A stretch of 32,000 nt of DNA, taken from the NCBI RefSeq assembly GCF_000018045.1, contig NC_009792.1, positions 115,824 to 147,823 of the forward strand. Reading direction: 5' to 3'. The stretch is from Citrobacter koseri ATCC BAA-895 (GTDB lineage Bacteria > Pseudomonadota > Gammaproteobacteria > Enterobacterales > Enterobacteriaceae). The position numbers were made by a program, and so were the translations under genes. Positions within the stretch are counted from its first letter, which is position 1; each line of letters begins with the position of its first letter. This document shows positions 30,549 to 32,000 of this stretch, in pieces. Under the pieces are notes generated by a model. The model saw only the letters and a list, made by a program, of their open reading frames with translations. It ran no database searches and was not told the origin of the DNA.

Positions 30549-31447
30549 CCGAATTATCGCTTTCTCAGGACGTTGCGCGCTTCTTGCGTTACCTGGGCGT
30601 AGAACGGCAACTTAGCCCCATTACGCTACTGAACTATCAGCGTCAGCTTGATGCCATTATCGCTTTAGCCGGAGAAACCGGTCTGCAAAGCTGGCAACAA
30701 TGTGACGCTGCGATGGTGCGCGCTTTCGCGGTACGCAGCCGCCGTAAAGGGTTAGGGCCCGCCAGCCTGGCGTTGCGCCTCTCTGCTTTACGCAGTTTCT
30801 TTGACTGGCTGGTGAGCCAGGGTGAACTCAACGCTAATCCGGCGAAAGGCGTCTCTGCGCCGAAAGCGCCTCGTCACCTGCCGAAAAATATCGACGTGGA
30901 TGATATCAACCGCCTGCTGGATATCGACCTCAACGATCCGCTTGCCGTGCGCGATCGGGCGATGCTGGAGGTGATGTATGGCGCGGGGTTGCGTTTGTCT
31001 GAACTGGTGGGGTTAGACATCAAACACCTCGATCTCGATACGGGCGAAGTGTGGGTGATGGGGAAGGGCAGCAAAGAACGGCGTCTGCCCATTGGCCGCA
31101 ATGCGGTGGCGTGGATTGAGCATTGGCTGGATCTGCGCGGCCTGTTCGGCAGCGATGACGATGCGCTGTTTCTCTCAAAGCTCGGGAAACGGATCTCCGC
31201 GCGCAATGTACAAAAACGGTTTGCGGAGTGGGGCATTAAGCAAGGGCTGAATAGCCATGTCCATCCGCATAAACTGCGTCACTCGTTCGCGACCCATATG
31301 CTGGAGTCGAGCGGCGACCTGCGCGGCGTGCAGGAGCTGTTAGGCCATGCCAATCTGTCCACCACGCAAATCTATACTCATCTTGATTTTCAACACCTGG
31401 CCTCGGTGTACGATGCGGCGCATCCACGCGCCAAACGGGGGAAATAA
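30545..31447 (+). CDS. xerC: Tyrosine site-specific recombinase XerC
   Basis: 300 aa. Catalytic residues lie in conserved contexts ([34 protein letters not shown]). Near-identical to E. coli XerC outside the first ~10 residues. Confidence 0.95.
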   Translation: MTELSLSQDVARFLRYLGVERQLSPITLLNYQRQLDAIIALAGETGLQSWQQCDAAMVRAFAVRSRRKGLGPASLALRLSALRSFFDWLVSQGELNANPAKGVSAPKAPRHLPKNIDVDDINRLLDIDLNDPLAVRDRAMLEVMYGAGLRLSELVGLDIKHLDLDTGEVWVMGKGSKERRLPIGRNAVAWIEHWLDLRGLFGSDDDALFLSKLGKRISARNVQKRFAEWGIKQGLNSHVHPHKLRHSFATHMLESSGDLRGVQELLGHANLSTTQIYTHLDFQHLASVYDAAHPRAKRGK

Positions 31448-32000
31448 TGCGTTTTTACCGGCCTTTGGGACACATCTCAGCACTCACGTTCGATCTGGAT
31501 GACACCCTTTATGATAACCGTCCGGTTATCCTGCGCACCGAGCAGGAAGCGCTCACCTTTGTGCAAAACTACCATCCTGCGCTGCGTACATTGCAGAATG
31601 CCGACCTGTATCGCCTGCGTCAGGCGGTACGCGAAGCAGAGCCGGAAATTTATCATGATGTGACGCGATGGCGTCATCGCGCCGTGGAGCGCGCCATGCT
31701 GGAAGCGGGCCTGTCGGCGGAAGAGGCAATGGCGGGGGCGAACGCCGCGATGATCAATTTCGCAAAGTGGCGCAGCCGTATCGATGTTCCGCAAGTGACG
31801 CATGACACGCTGAAGCGGCTTGCAAAAAAATGGCCGCTGGTGGCCATTACTAACGGCAATGCGCAGCCGGAACTGTTTGGGCTGGGCGATTACTTCGAAT
31901 TTGTGCTGCGCGCGGGCCCGGACGGGCGCTCTAAACCGTTCAGCGACATGTACTCTCTGGCGGCGGAGAAGCTTAACATGCCGATCGGCGAGATCCTCCA
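31447..32000 (+). CDS. yigB: HAD-family phosphatase YigB (5-amino-6-(5-phospho-D-ribitylamino)uracil phosphatase), N-terminal part; 3' end outside window
   Basis: ATG 31447 overlaps the xerC TAA by 1 nt. The translation [36 protein letters not shown]... carries HAD motif I (DLDDTLYDN). The frame stays open to the window edge, which is why it is absent from the ORF track. Confidence 0.88.
   Translation, partial: MRFYRPLGHISALTFDLDDTLYDNRPVILRTEQEALTFVQNYHPALRTLQNADLYRLRQAVREAEPEIYHDVTRWRHRAVERAMLEAGLSAEEAMAGANAAMINFAKWRSRIDVPQVTHDTLKRLAKKWPLVAITNGNAQPELFGLGDYFEFVLRAGPDGRSKPFSDMYSLAAEKLNMPIGEIL

Noticed and set aside
30545-31447. Possibility that xerC marks an integrated element or that a dif-like site is nearby
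   Set aside because: xerC sits in its conserved dapF-yigA-xerC-yigB operon with overlapping stop/start codons. I did not recognise a 28-bp dif-like site or flanking direct repeats.

Overview
This window reads as ordinary, conserved enterobacterial core chromosome. It is most like Salmonella enterica: the proteins are near-identical in length and sequence to the E. coli K-12 orthologues as I recall them, but the E. coli aslB-aslA genes are missing after tRNA-Pro. The gene order is rep' (3' end), gppA and rhlB (minus strand), trxA, rho, the complete 12-gene enterobacterial common antigen (ECA) cluster wecA-wzzE-wecB-wecC-rffG-rffH-rffC-rffA-wzxE-rffT-wzyE-rffM, yifK, the argX-hisR-leuT-proM tRNA operon, the sRNA gene glmZ, hemY-hemX-hemD-hemC (minus strand), cyaA, cyaY (minus strand), and yifL(lptM)-dapF-yigA-xerC-yigB' (5' part). 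Every large ORF is explained by a well-known housekeeping gene of the expected length. I see no mobile elements, CRISPR arrays, defence-type genes, prophage remnants or orphan multi-gene blocks, so I do not find support for an undescribed system here and will not invent one. The most interesting content is non-coding and invisible to the ORF track. It includes the glmZ locus with a sigma54-type promoter and three phased TGTC-N10-GACA activator sites, the rho leader, the cyaA leader (CRP site, TTG start, a Shine-Dalgarno (SD)-preceded 30-codon uORF), the ACA-rich yifK leader, a perfect hairpin inside the wec operon, and REP (repetitive extragenic palindromic) elements at gene junctions. All identifications rest on reading the translations and motifs and on recalled orthologue sequences; no database search was possible.
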